From an uncultured Clostridium sp. (GTDB taxonomy: Bacteria > Bacillota > Clostridia > Christensenellales > CAG-138): DNA of 64,000 bases. The DNA lies in the NCBI GenBank assembly GCA_964487565.1, contig CAZARN010000002.1, positions 3,867-67,866 of the forward strand, in the 5' to 3' direction. This document shows, piece after piece, positions 47,995 to 57,296 of this stretch. Under the pieces are notes generated by a model. The model made no database searches and was not told where the DNA came from. It worked only from the letters and a program-made list of their open reading frames with translations. Both the position numbers and the translations under genes were made by a program. How positions within the stretch are numbered: position 1 is the first letter of the stretch; each line of letters opens with the position of its first letter.

Positions 47995-50079
47995 ATGAAT
48001 ATCAGCATCGGATTCGGCTCAATGGTTTTCGGTGAATCTGAGATGCGTGCAAGGCTTCCGGAAGAGACATATGAAGCCCTGCGCGAAACGATACGCCGCG
48101 GTCAGCCCCTCGGGCGTCACATCGCAGGGCCTCTTGCAAATGCGATGAAGGACTGGGCGATCGAAAAGGGCGCGACCCACTTCACGCACTGGTTCCAGCC
48201 GCTGACAGGCGTCACTGCGGAAAAGCACGATGCGTTCATCTCCGTCGGCCCCGACGGAAACGCCATTGAAGAATTTTCCGGCAGGGAGCTTGTCATGGGC
48301 GAGCCTGACGCTTCCAGCTTTCCCTCAGGCGGGCTTCGCGCCACGTTTGAGGCGCGCGGTTATACCGCATGGGATCCGACTTCCTTTGCTTTCATAAAGG
48401 ACGGCACGCTTTGCATACCATCCGTGTTCTGTTCATACGGCGGCGACGCGCTTGACAAAAAGATGCCCCTGCTGCGTTCCATCGAGCTTGTTGAAAAGCA
48501 GGCGCTCCGCCTCCTTCACGCGATGGGCGTCGACGATGTTGCCCGCGTGAAGCCCACGGTGGGCGCCGAGCAGGAATATTTTCTCGTTGACGCGCAGCTT
48601 TGCGCGAAACGGCGCGATCTTGTGCTTTGCGGCAGAACGCTTTTCGGCGCGAAGCCGGCGAAAAGTCAGGAGCTTGACGACCACTATTTCGGCGCGATAG
48701 ACGAGCGCGTGCAGGCTTTCATGGCAGAGCTTGACGAGGAGCTGTGGAAGCTCGGAGTATACGCAAAAACCGAACATAAGGAAGTCGCGCCCGGTCAGTA
48801 CGAGCTTGCGCCAAGCTTCACGGACGCAAATACCGCCACAGACCACAATCAGCTCACGATGGAGCTGATGCGCCGCCTTGCGCCCCGCCACGGCTTCGTT
48901 TGTCTGCTGCATGAAAAGCCGTTCATGGGCCTCAACGGAAGCGGCAAGCACAACAACTGGTCGCTTGCGACGGACACCGGCTTAAATCTGCTTTCGCCCG
49001 GCAAGGACCCGGCCAACAACACGCTGTTTCTTCTTATACTTACAGCCATACTCAAGGCTGTCGATGAGCATCAGGATCTGCTGCGCGTGTGCATCGCTGG
49101 CGCGTCAAACGATCTCCGCCTCGGTCAGACGGAGGCGCCGCCCGCGATCGTTTCCGTTTTTCTCGGCGACGAGCTGACCGCTATCCTTGAAGCTGCCGCA
49201 AACGGCAACGGTTACGGCGCGTCGGCGGAGCGCATGCTTGAAAGCGGCATCACAGCCATGCCGCGCATTCGCATGGACAATACCGATCGCAACCGCACCG
49301 CTCCGTTCGCCTTCACGGGCAACAAGTTCGAGTTCCGTATGCCCGGCGCAAGCCAGTCGATAGCCGACGCGAACATAGTCATCAACACCATTGCCGCGGA
49401 CGCCTTCGCCGCATATTCCGACGCGCTTGAAGCTTCACCCGACAGGGAAGCCTGCGCCAAGGAGCTTATCGCCATGAGCGCGCGCGAGCATATGCGCATC
49501 ATTTATTCCGGCAATTGTTATTCCGAGGCATGGGTGCATGAGGCGCACGCGCGCGGACTCACGGAGCTGCGCACAAGCGTCGACGCGCTTCCCCGCCTGC
49601 TCGCGCCCGAAAACGTGACGCTCTTCACGCGCTGGGGCATTTTCTCGGAAAGAGAGCTTGCGGCGCGCCTTGAGGTGATGCTCGAAAGCTATGCGAAGGT
49701 AACGTTCATCGAAGCGCGCACGATGCTTGAAATGGCGCGCTGCGAGATAATACCCGCCTGTTCCAAGGCACAGAGGCTCACGGCGATGGCCTTCAACGAA
49801 AAGCGTGAAGCGGGCGTTGCCGGCGAAAGCGAAAAACGCAGGCTTTGCGCCGCCGACGCGCTGCTGACAGACGTTGACGCCCGCACGGAAACGCTCATGG
49901 ACGCGCTTTCCCGCGCCGAGGCCGCGCCTGATGCAAAAGCATCCTCCGCGCTCTGCCGCGATGAAGTTATCCCGGCAATGGCAAGTCTGCGCGAGGCCGC
50001 CGATTCGCTTGAGCGTATGACCTCCGCAAGGCTTTGGCCCTTCCCGGTATATGAGGAGCTTTTGATGGGCACAAAATAA
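47995..50079 (+). CDS. glnN: Glutamine synthetase, type III
   Basis: Start at ATG 47995 (MNISIGFGSMVFGESEMRARLPEETYEAL). ~695 aa, the length and N-terminal pattern of GSIII. Conserved KPFMGLNGSGKHNNWS block. Confidence 0.88.
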   Translation: MNISIGFGSMVFGESEMRARLPEETYEALRETIRRGQPLGRHIAGPLANAMKDWAIEKGATHFTHWFQPLTGVTAEKHDAFISVGPDGNAIEEFSGRELVMGEPDASSFPSGGLRATFEARGYTAWDPTSFAFIKDGTLCIPSVFCSYGGDALDKKMPLLRSIELVEKQALRLLHAMGVDDVARVKPTVGAEQEYFLVDAQLCAKRRDLVLCGRTLFGAKPAKSQELDDHYFGAIDERVQAFMAELDEELWKLGVYAKTEHKEVAPGQYELAPSFTDANTATDHNQLTMELMRRLAPRHGFVCLLHEKPFMGLNGSGKHNNWSLATDTGLNLLSPGKDPANNTLFLLILTAILKAVDEHQDLLRVCIAGASNDLRLGQTEAPPAIVSVFLGDELTAILEAAANGNGYGASAERMLESGITAMPRIRMDNTDRNRTAPFAFTGNKFEFRMPGASQSIADANIVINTIAADAFAAYSDALEASPDREACAKELIAMSAREHMRIIYSGNCYSEAWVHEAHARGLTELRTSVDALPRLLAPENVTLFTRWGIFSERELAARLEVMLESYAKVTFIEARTMLEMARCEIIPACSKAQRLTAMAFNEKREAGVAGESEKRRLCAADALLTDVDARTETLMDALSRAEAAPDAKASSALCRDEVIPAMASLREAADSLERMTSARLWPFPVYEELLMGTK

Positions 50080-50126
50080 CAGACGCGGTCAATTCATGCG
50101 TAGAACAGTATATTTTCCGCATTGTA

Positions 50127-50155
50127 TTGACATATAACAAAGTCCGATTTATGAT
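50127..50155 (+). promoter_or_regulatory. sigma-A type promoter for gdhA
   Basis: TTGACA (50127-50132), a 17-nt spacer, then TATGAT (50150-50155). Confidence 0.55.
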
Positions 50156-50227
50156 TACGTTGGCGTGTGGCAACACAGGTCAGGGTTGCCGTGCGCAAAC
50201 ATCAACCATTAAATCGGAGGTAAAACC

Positions 50228-51574
50228 ATGAACGCTTACATTCAGGAAGTCCTGGATAAGGTCGAAAAGCGGGACAAGAACGAACCCGAGTTTCTTCAGA
50301 CCGTTGAAGAGGTTCTGAAGTCTCTTGAAACCGTTGTTGCACAGCATCCCGAGTATCAGAAGGCCGGTCTGCTTGAAAGGCTCGTTGAGCCGGAGCGCGT
50401 GATCGAGTTCCGTGTTACCTGGGTTGACGATGCCGGCAAGGTGAATGTCAATCGCGGCTTCCGCGTCCAGTTCAACAGCGCGATCGGGCCCTACAAGGGC
50501 GGCCTGCGCTTTGCTTCCCATGTCAATCTGTCCGTCATGAAGTTCCTCGGCTTCGAGCAGACCTTCAAGAACAGCCTCACCTCCCTCCCCATGGGCGGCG
50601 GCAAGGGCGGCAGCGACTTTGACCCCAACGGCAAGAGCGACGGCGAAGTCATGCGCTTCTGCCAGGCTTTCATGACTGAACTCCAGCGTCATATCGGTCC
50701 CAGCATCGACGTTCCCGCCGGCGATATCGGCGTGGGCGGCCGCGAGATCGGCTATCTTTTCGGACAGTACAAGCGCATCCGCGGCGCATATGAGAACGGC
50801 GTTCTCACCGGCAAAGGCCCGTCCTTCGGCGGCAGCGTTATCCGTCCGGAAGCCACCGGTTTCGGCGCGGTGTATTATCTCAACGAAGTGTTGAAGCATG
50901 AGAACGACTCCATCAAGGGCAAGACCATCATAATGTCCGGCTTCGGCAACGTGGCCTGGGGCGTTGCGATGAAGGCTGCGCAGCTTGGCGCCAAGGTCGT
51001 CACCCTTGCGGGTCCCGACGGTTATATCTACGATAAGGACGGCATTTCCACGCAGGAGAAGTGGGATTACATGCTCACCATGCGTGCTTCCGGCCGCAAC
51101 AAGGCTCAGGATTATGCCGACAAGTTCGGCGTGCCTTTCTTCGCAGGCAAGAAGCCCTGGGGTCAGAAGGGCGACATCTGCATGCCTTGCGCCTATCAGA
51201 ACGAGATCGGTATGCCTGAGGCCGAGCAGATCCTTGCAAACGGCACCAAGTATTATATCGAAGTCGCCAACATGCCCACCACCAACGAAGCGCTTTACTT
51301 CCTCATGGATAAGGGCCTTGTTGTCGCTCCGTCCAAGGCTGTCAATGCCGGCGGCGTTGCCGTGTCCGGTCTTGAGATGAGCCAGAACGCCGAGCGCCTC
51401 GCCTGGAAGGCCGAGGAAGTCGACTCGCAGCTCCACACCATCATGATCAACATCCATGCGGCTTCCGCCAAGGCGGCCGAGGAATGCGGCCTTGGTTACA
51501 ACCTCGTTGCCGGTGCGAACATCGCCGGTTTCAAGAAGGTTGCCGACGCCATGATGGCTCAGGGCCTTGTCTGA
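50228..51574 (+). CDS. gdhA: NADP-specific glutamate dehydrogenase
   Basis: 448 aa. YKGGLRF and PMGGGKGGSDFDP catalytic-lysine motifs, plus the GFGNVAWG dinucleotide fold. Confidence 0.95.
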   Translation: MNAYIQEVLDKVEKRDKNEPEFLQTVEEVLKSLETVVAQHPEYQKAGLLERLVEPERVIEFRVTWVDDAGKVNVNRGFRVQFNSAIGPYKGGLRFASHVNLSVMKFLGFEQTFKNSLTSLPMGGGKGGSDFDPNGKSDGEVMRFCQAFMTELQRHIGPSIDVPAGDIGVGGREIGYLFGQYKRIRGAYENGVLTGKGPSFGGSVIRPEATGFGAVYYLNEVLKHENDSIKGKTIIMSGFGNVAWGVAMKAAQLGAKVVTLAGPDGYIYDKDGISTQEKWDYMLTMRASGRNKAQDYADKFGVPFFAGKKPWGQKGDICMPCAYQNEIGMPEAEQILANGTKYYIEVANMPTTNEALYFLMDKGLVVAPSKAVNAGGVAVSGLEMSQNAERLAWKAEEVDSQLHTIMINIHAASAKAAEECGLGYNLVAGANIAGFKKVADAMMAQGLV

Positions 51575-51597
51575 CAAAGACACAGTTCAAACATGCG

Positions 51598-51633
51598 AAA
51601 GCTCCCCGCCCTTTCGGGCGGGGAGCTTTTATC
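51598..51633. terminator. Bidirectional intrinsic terminator between gdhA and coaW
   Basis: AAAGCTCCCCGCCC-tttc-GGGCGGGGAGCTTTT. Confidence 0.85.
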
Positions 51634-51646
51634 ATATAACCGTGTT

Positions 51647-52471
51647 TTATCTGTCAAGATAAGGCAGCGCTGCGCCGATAGCCGTTGCGAACACCGCATC
51701 CTCCGGAATGAAAAAGTGCACGTCGGAGAGTTCCTCGACGCTTGCAAGCACCTTCGGCGCAAGCGACATTTTGGCAAGCGTGCCGATGAGCACAACGTCG
51801 CGCACAGGATCGTTCCTTAACGCAAACACGCAAAGCATGCCTACGGTCTGGAACACCATGTTGATGAGGCCCATGGATATGTCCGCGTTGCTCGCCGCGC
51901 TGACCACCTTGCCGAAGTTTGAAGCCGTGGTGTGAGGCGCAAGCTGGGAGATATCATCCTTGCATATATCCGAAACCATCAGATCGACGTTTTTGATATC
52001 GCCCTCAAGAGCCATTTTCTCGAGGCGCGAATGATCGTTTTCGTGGAAAATATGCCACGCGAGGCCGGTGAGCGTTCCGCCGCCCACGCCGCTGCCGCCG
52101 ATATGTATATTGCCCGTCTTTCCGGCACGCACAAACGCGGTGCCCGTGCCGAGGCTCACGACGAGCGCTTCTTCTTTACCGCTCAGGTGAAGTCCGCCGG
52201 CGCCGATCGCGTCGAACTCATCGACATGCTCTGTGCGCACGCCGTATATCTCGCCGTCAACAAGCGAAGAGCCGACGCCCGTGAGCACGAAACGCGAAAC
52301 ATCGGACAGAGGGACTCGGTTCGTGTTCAGGAAATTGCCTATCGCGCCGTACATTGAAGTGAGCCTGTCCGACGCCTCGACCTGCAGCATGGATATGCGC
52401 TCCCCATCGTTGCGGAATCCCGCGACTTTCGTGGTTGAGCCGCCTATGTCTATGCCAAGAATCACGCTCAT
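51647..52471 (-). CDS. coaW: Type II pantothenate kinase
   Basis: GIDIGGSTTK, SLGTGTA and IGGSGVGGGTLTGL motifs, colinear with Staphylococcus-type PanK-II. Confidence 0.85.
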   Translation of the reverse strand: MSVILGIDIGGSTTKVAGFRNDGERISMLQVEASDRLTSMYGAIGNFLNTNRVPLSDVSRFVLTGVGSSLVDGEIYGVRTEHVDEFDAIGAGGLHLSGKEEALVVSLGTGTAFVRAGKTGNIHIGGSGVGGGTLTGLAWHIFHENDHSRLEKMALEGDIKNVDLMVSDICKDDISQLAPHTTASNFGKVVSAASNADISMGLINMVFQTVGMLCVFALRNDPVRDVVLIGTLAKMSLAPKVLASVEELSDVHFFIPEDAVFATAIGAALPYLDR

Positions 52472-53112
52472 TCGGCTTTCTCCCCGTTGTCGTCACCATC
52501 CGCAGCAATGCGTCTGTGGTTGATGCGGCGATCCCATGCGGGTGAAAGCGCTTTATAAGCAAGCGGAACGATGATCGCCGCCGCGGCAAGCTCTATCAGG
52601 CCGTTCACGCCGATTATCGTCATGAATATTGTTTTGAACAGCTCAAAAAACGCAGCATAGCTTTCAAACATGCCACCGAAGATATAAATGGCCGAAAGCA
52701 CCAGCACCGTGTTTGTGAGCGTTGCCGCGATAGCGGCAACCATCGCGTCAACGAACTGCGGCGCGCGTGTTTTCTTCATCGCGGCGAACACCAGCCCGCC
52801 CACAAGGCCCACAAGAATACGCGGCACAACGGAGATGAGCGGGTTCGTGAACATCACCCAAAGCGGATTCGTGAACGCGCGGATCATACATGTGACGCCC
52901 CAGACGCCGCCCAGAACCGCGCCGTACTTCCAGCCCAGGAAACACGCGCCTAGCGCGACGACAATATGCAGCGTGGTTATTTCAACAACGCCCACCGTGA
53001 TATAACCCGTGTACGGCACGACCGTCATGACGATAATGAGCGCGCTGAGAATGGCTGTAAGCACCAGCTCGCGCAGCTTCTCATGACTTATGGTCTTTGC
53101 TGATGTATTCAT
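52468..53112 (-). CDS. ECF transporter S component (likely pantothenate-specific, PanT-like)
   Basis: 214-aa, 6-TM protein with ECF S-component topology. Translationally coupled to coaW; the substrate is assigned only from that context. Confidence 0.7.
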   Translation of the reverse strand: MNTSAKTISHEKLRELVLTAILSALIIVMTVVPYTGYITVGVVEITTLHIVVALGACFLGWKYGAVLGGVWGVTCMIRAFTNPLWVMFTNPLISVVPRILVGLVGGLVFAAMKKTRAPQFVDAMVAAIAATLTNTVLVLSAIYIFGGMFESYAAFFELFKTIFMTIIGVNGLIELAAAAIIVPLAYKALSPAWDRRINHRRIAADGDDNGEKAE

Positions 53113-53337
53113 ATTATCAATACCGTCCCTTCCATATGGATAACATAGTACAACTGGTATTATAACTTCTGAAACGGTATTTTACAATGAAATTGCTCGT
53201 CTGTCTCGCATTCGGTTTATGAATGAAGTCATGAAAACCTTTTTGTGCACAAATTGTTTGCTTTACATGCTTACTGTCAAAATGTATAATTGTATAGGTC
53301 TATAAAATATGCAATCATACACAAAGGGGTTTACAGG

Positions 53338-54918
53338 ATGGAGAATGCAGCGGGCATGAAAAGCACAACACCAAAAAAGAAAGCTCTCATAACCGTCGCT
53401 GTGATTTTGCTTGCGGCGGCGGTCGTCTGCGCGGCGGTGATACTGGCGCTCAAGATCAAAGCCGAAAAGGAAGAGGAACAGCGTCAGGCGATCATCAATT
53501 CCGGAACGTTCCACAACGGAATAACCGTCGGCGGCGTAGACGTTTCCGGCATGAGCATGGAAGAAGCCGCCGAAGCGCTTAAAGTTTCGGAAGCAGCGCT
53601 TACGGCCGATGTGGGCTTCACCCTCACAGACGGCACGAATTCCTATGAAGCGCCGGCGTCATGCTTCACCATAACATACGATACCGCGGACAAGCTGAAC
53701 GAAGCCATGCAGCTTGCGCGCGAAGGCACGCTCGACGAGCTTTTGGCGGAGCTTGACGACATTGAAACAAACGGGCGCAGCTTTGACATTTCTTATGAAG
53801 TCACGGCCGATTTTTCCGGTTTTGTTTCCGAAATCGCAAATGCGCTTTATGTCGCGCCCACGGACGCCACCTTCTCCGTCAAGCCGCTTGAAATGAACGA
53901 CGAAACCGACGCGCAGAACGCCGTCAACATCGGTCTGCCTGCGGCGGCGGAAGGCGCGGACCCCGGCGATATACGCGATCTGCGTTTTGATTTTGTCGAG
54001 GGGATCGACGGCGTCTATCTCGATCAGGAGGCGCTGCTCGGCACGCTCGCATCAAGGCTTGAGGCGCGCGAATACGGCGAGGTCAGCTTTGAAACGCAGC
54101 CGCTCGCGCCCGAGGTCACGATCGCGACGATCAAAGAAAACCTCGTGCTCCGTTCGAGCGCGTACACCTCTTACGGCAGCGGTCATTACGCCCGCCCGTC
54201 CCGCGTCCACAACATGACAAAGGCCTGCGGACTCATATACGGCACCATCCTCCAGCCCGGCGATGTGCTCTCCTGCAACACGCTTTTGGGCAACAGATAT
54301 GAAAAATACGGCTGGCAGCTCGCTCCCGCGGTCATCGAGGGCGGCGCCAACACCGAGGATCAGCCCGGCGGCGGCGTTTGCCAGGTTTCGACCACCATGT
54401 ATAACGCGGTGCTCAAGGGCGATTATACCATCGTATACCGCCAGGCGCATTCGAGCAGGCTCAGCTATATTGACGGCGGACTTGACGCCACGATAAACAC
54501 CGGAACGATCGACTTCAAGTGGTCCAACAACACCCAAAGCCCGGTCTATGTTTTCACATGGATCGATACGGACAAGAAGCTGATCTGGTGTGAGATATAC
54601 GGCGAGCCGTTTGCGAGCACATTCGACGAGATAGAGCTTGTCAGCGAACGCAAGCCCGACATCGCGCCGACTGCGGACGAGTTTATTCAGGTCACATGGC
54701 TCTCGGCGCCGTACTGGGCGCTCAAAAACGCCGCCAAGACAGGCTATGTTTATGATACCTACAAGGTATATAAGCTCAACGGCGAGGTCGTTGACAAGGT
54801 GTTCATCACGACCACAACATACAAGATGCACCCGAACAGATACTTTGTCTGGACGGGATACGTTCCCGGCACTCCGCTTGACGCGATGTATAAGATAGTG
54901 ATTGAGCCGACTGCCTGA
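53338..54918 (+). CDS. VanW/YoaR family protein (membrane-anchored)
   Basis: Start at ATG 53338 (MENAAGMKSTTPKKKALITVAVILLAAAVV), with an N-terminal TM. VanW core GGGVCQVSTTMYNAVLKG...HSSRLSYI. Confidence 0.82.
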   Translation: MENAAGMKSTTPKKKALITVAVILLAAAVVCAAVILALKIKAEKEEEQRQAIINSGTFHNGITVGGVDVSGMSMEEAAEALKVSEAALTADVGFTLTDGTNSYEAPASCFTITYDTADKLNEAMQLAREGTLDELLAELDDIETNGRSFDISYEVTADFSGFVSEIANALYVAPTDATFSVKPLEMNDETDAQNAVNIGLPAAAEGADPGDIRDLRFDFVEGIDGVYLDQEALLGTLASRLEAREYGEVSFETQPLAPEVTIATIKENLVLRSSAYTSYGSGHYARPSRVHNMTKACGLIYGTILQPGDVLSCNTLLGNRYEKYGWQLAPAVIEGGANTEDQPGGGVCQVSTTMYNAVLKGDYTIVYRQAHSSRLSYIDGGLDATINTGTIDFKWSNNTQSPVYVFTWIDTDKKLIWCEIYGEPFASTFDEIELVSERKPDIAPTADEFIQVTWLSAPYWALKNAAKTGYVYDTYKVYKLNGEVVDKVFITTTTYKMHPNRYFVWTGYVPGTPLDAMYKIVIEPTA

Positions 54919-55024
54919 GGCCAAAATATTTCAGGTATAAAACAAAAAAATATAGCTTGCATCTTCTGCTTCCGTCATGGTATTATAGTCGTCAGAAAAT
55001 TTGAAAAAGCGCGGAGGCAGACTG

Positions 55025-55096
55025 ATGAAAAAGAGGATTTGCATCACAAAGTTCCCCAAGCTCAGTCTTTCCAAAGCTAAATTATCTGTTTTGTAA
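55025..55096 (+). CDS. Candidate 23-codon leader ORF (MKKRICITKFPKLSLSKAKLSVL)
   Basis: ATG 55025 lies 7 nt after GGAGG. The TAA stop (55094-55096) abuts the first base of the terminator stem. Below the ORF-track size cutoff. No homology evidence. Confidence 0.3.
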   Translation: MKKRICITKFPKLSLSKAKLSVL

Positions 55097-55126
55097 ATGA
55101 CGGATTTCGTATCCGTCATTTTTTTT
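55097..55126 (+). terminator. Intrinsic terminator/attenuator in the uracil permease leader
   Basis: ATGACGGAT-ttcgt-ATCCGTCAT followed by T8, 32 nt upstream of the permease ATG. Confidence 0.8.
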
Positions 55127-55158
55127 GAACTTATTTTAACCAAGGAGGATAATCACAG

Positions 55159-56502
55159 ATGAACGAGATCAAAACCGGCGGGATTTACGACGCCCGCAAG
55201 GAGCTTGGCTGGCCGCGTACGATCCTGCTAGGCTTCCAGCACATGTTCGCCATGTTCGGCGCGACGGTGCTCGTGCCCGCGCTGACAGGCCTTTCCGTAT
55301 CGGCGACGCTGCTGTTCGCAGGTCTTGGCACGCTGCTCTTCCACCTCATCACCAAGCGCAAGGTGCCTGCATTCCTCGGCTCTTCCTTCGCATTTCTTGC
55401 CGGCTATTGGGCGATCGCACCCAACGGCGAACCTGAACTTCTGCCGTATGCGTGCTTCGGCGTCGCTGTCGCCGGGCTCATGTATGTGATTCTCTCCATC
55501 CTCTTCAAATCGTTCGGCGTGAAAAAAGTCATGCGCTTCTTCCCGCCCATCGTCACCGGCCCGATAATCATCGCGATAGGCCTCACGCTCTCCTCTTCCG
55601 CAGTATCCAATTGCGCCACGAACTGGTGGATAGCGCTTGCGGCAATAATCGTGGTCATCGTATGCAATATCTGGGGCAAGGGCATGATTAAGATCATCCC
55701 CATCCTCCTCGGCGTTGTCGTGAGCTATGCGATCGCAGCGGTCTCCGGACAGTGCGATTTCACCCGAGTCGCGGAAGCCGCCTGGCTCGGCCTGCCTTTC
55801 CAGTGGCAGAACACCGCCTTCGCCATATTCGACGGCGAAGTCAATGTTTCCCTCCTTATCACGGCTATCATCACCATCGTGCCCATCTCGCTTGCAACGA
55901 TGGTCGAGCATATCGGCGACATCTGCGCCATAAGCTCAACCTGCGGGCGCAACTACATTGATGATCCCGGCCTGCATCGCACCCTTTTGGGCGACGGTCT
56001 TGCAACCACTTTCGCGGCCCTCTTCGGAGCGCCCGCCAACACAACTTACGGTGAGAATACAGGCGTGCTCGTGCTCTCAAGGGTGTTCGATCCGTTCGTT
56101 ATCCGCATCGCCGCGTTCATCGCCATTCTCTTCAGCTTCTCGCCCAAGTTTGCAGCGCTCATAAGCTGCATGCCCGCGAGCACGATCGGCGGCGTTTCGC
56201 TGGTGCTTTACGGCATGATCTCCGCAGTCGGCGTGCGCAACGTGGTTGAGAACAAGGTTGACTTCACCAAGAGCCGCAACGTTATAATCGCGGCGCTCAT
56301 CCTCGTGCTTGCGATCGGCGTCAAGTTCGGCACGGGTGGCGCCGAAGCCATCGTGTTCAACATCGGCAGCGTGACCATCAGCCTTTCCGGTCTTGCCGTT
56401 GCTGCCATCATCGGCATTTTGCTCAACGCGATCCTCCCCGGCAAAGATTACGAATTCGGCAAGGATCAGCAGGGCGACACCTCCGTCAACTTCAAGGTCT
56501 GA
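55159..56502 (+). CDS. NCS2 family uracil/xanthine permease (UraA/PyrP-like)
   Basis: LLGFQHMFAMFGATVLVPALTG signature and the ENTGVL motif. 447 aa. Confidence 0.9.
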   Translation: MNEIKTGGIYDARKELGWPRTILLGFQHMFAMFGATVLVPALTGLSVSATLLFAGLGTLLFHLITKRKVPAFLGSSFAFLAGYWAIAPNGEPELLPYACFGVAVAGLMYVILSILFKSFGVKKVMRFFPPIVTGPIIIAIGLTLSSSAVSNCATNWWIALAAIIVVIVCNIWGKGMIKIIPILLGVVVSYAIAAVSGQCDFTRVAEAAWLGLPFQWQNTAFAIFDGEVNVSLLITAIITIVPISLATMVEHIGDICAISSTCGRNYIDDPGLHRTLLGDGLATTFAALFGAPANTTYGENTGVLVLSRVFDPFVIRIAAFIAILFSFSPKFAALISCMPASTIGGVSLVLYGMISAVGVRNVVENKVDFTKSRNVIIAALILVLAIGVKFGTGGAEAIVFNIGSVTISLSGLAVAAIIGILLNAILPGKDYEFGKDQQGDTSVNFKV

Positions 56503-56518
56503 TAAACATGCTTGCTCA

Positions 56519-56552
56519 AACGGCCGGCCCATAAGGGCCGGCCGTTGTTTTA
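56519..56552. terminator. Bidirectional terminator between the permease gene and def
   Basis: AACGGCCGGCCC-ataa-GGGCCGGCCGTT followed by GTTTTA. Confidence 0.8.
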
Positions 56553-56563
56553 TTCAAGCCGCT

Positions 56564-57064
56564 TCAATTTCGGAATGTGCGCTTCATCTGCTGCATGAAA
56601 AGGGATTTGTCGTCCACCGCCCTCATCGTTGCAAGTATGCCGTCAAGATGATCGTATTCATGCTGCAAAAGCTCCGACAAGTCTCCTTCAAGATGCATTT
56701 TGAGCGGCCGGAACGCCTCGTCGAGGAAGCTAATGTCCGCGCGTCTGAAGCGAGACACCCGCACGATGAGCCCCGGGAAGGACATACAGTCATCCAGCAG
56801 CTCGTATTTCTCCTCATCGGGGAACGTCATCACAGGATTTACGAACACATACGGCTTGTCCGTATACATATATATGAGCCGCTTGGCAACGCCGATCTGC
56901 GGCGCGGCGACTGCCCTTCCCGCGCCGTATGTCTTTCTGTAATCCATCAGCGTGTCATGCAGATCCCGAACCCATCCGGCGACGTTTTGCGCGTCCTCCC
57001 GCGTTACCGGCGAACATATTTCATAAAGTCTCGGGTCGCCCAGCTTCAATATTTCCTTTATCAT
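56564..57064 (-). CDS. def: Peptide deformylase
   Basis: GRAVAAPQIG, DDCMSFPG (EGCLS-equivalent) and HEYDHLDG motifs. Confidence 0.9.
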   Translation of the reverse strand: MIKEILKLGDPRLYEICSPVTREDAQNVAGWVRDLHDTLMDYRKTYGAGRAVAAPQIGVAKRLIYMYTDKPYVFVNPVMTFPDEEKYELLDDCMSFPGLIVRVSRFRRADISFLDEAFRPLKMHLEGDLSELLQHEYDHLDGILATMRAVDDKSLFMQQMKRTFRN

Positions 57065-57116
57065 TCTTCCTCCGATCCTGAGCCAAGGCTCAAATTCCTT
57101 ACCATCGCGATATATT

Positions 57117-57296
57117 TCATGATGCCGTTATCATCGCTTCAATGTCGCGCACGACATATACTATATCATAATACTGAAAGCTATCCCGCGGCGCGTTCGG
57201 ATCGGCGCGCGAGCCGTTGGGCAAATCCTGCCGCACACGCCCGTCGTCCTTTGCGAAGCCCAAAATCGCGTCATACATTTCCTGTTCACCGCGCAT
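57117..57296 (-). pseudogene. Aminoglycoside 6-nucleotidyltransferase ANT(6)/AadK family, N-terminal 59-codon remnant
   Basis: Hand translation: MRGEQEMYDAILGFAKDDGRVRQDLPNGSRADPNAPRDSFQYYDIVYVVRDIEAMITAS*. It is colinear with the AadK/AadE N-terminus (MRSEQEMMD...R...LEGSR.N.N.P.D.FQDYDI.Y.V.D.E.F). GAAGGAG SD 6 nt upstream. Full-length enzymes are ~280-300 aa, yet only ~50 nt remain before def. Confidence 0.75.

Noticed and set aside
50180-51583. 467-aa minus-strand ORF exactly mirroring gdhA
   Set aside because: gdhA on the plus strand has all the catalytic motifs. The mirror ORF is G/A/L/V-rich with no motifs and no SD. Long antisense ORFs opposite gdh genes are a known compositional artefact.
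37543-54918. Possible vancomycin-resistance cluster (VanX-like at 37543, VanW at 53338)
   Set aside because: The two genes are ~15 kb apart. No vanH, vanA/B/G ligase, vanY or vanRS lies anywhere in the window. VanW/YoaR and DdpX homologs are common housekeeping genes.
54995-55130. PyrR-binding attenuator upstream of the uracil permease
   Set aside because: The conserved PyrR loop (UCCAGAGAGG) is absent. Only a loose AGAGGAUUUGCA resemblance exists, so I report the leader as unexplained.
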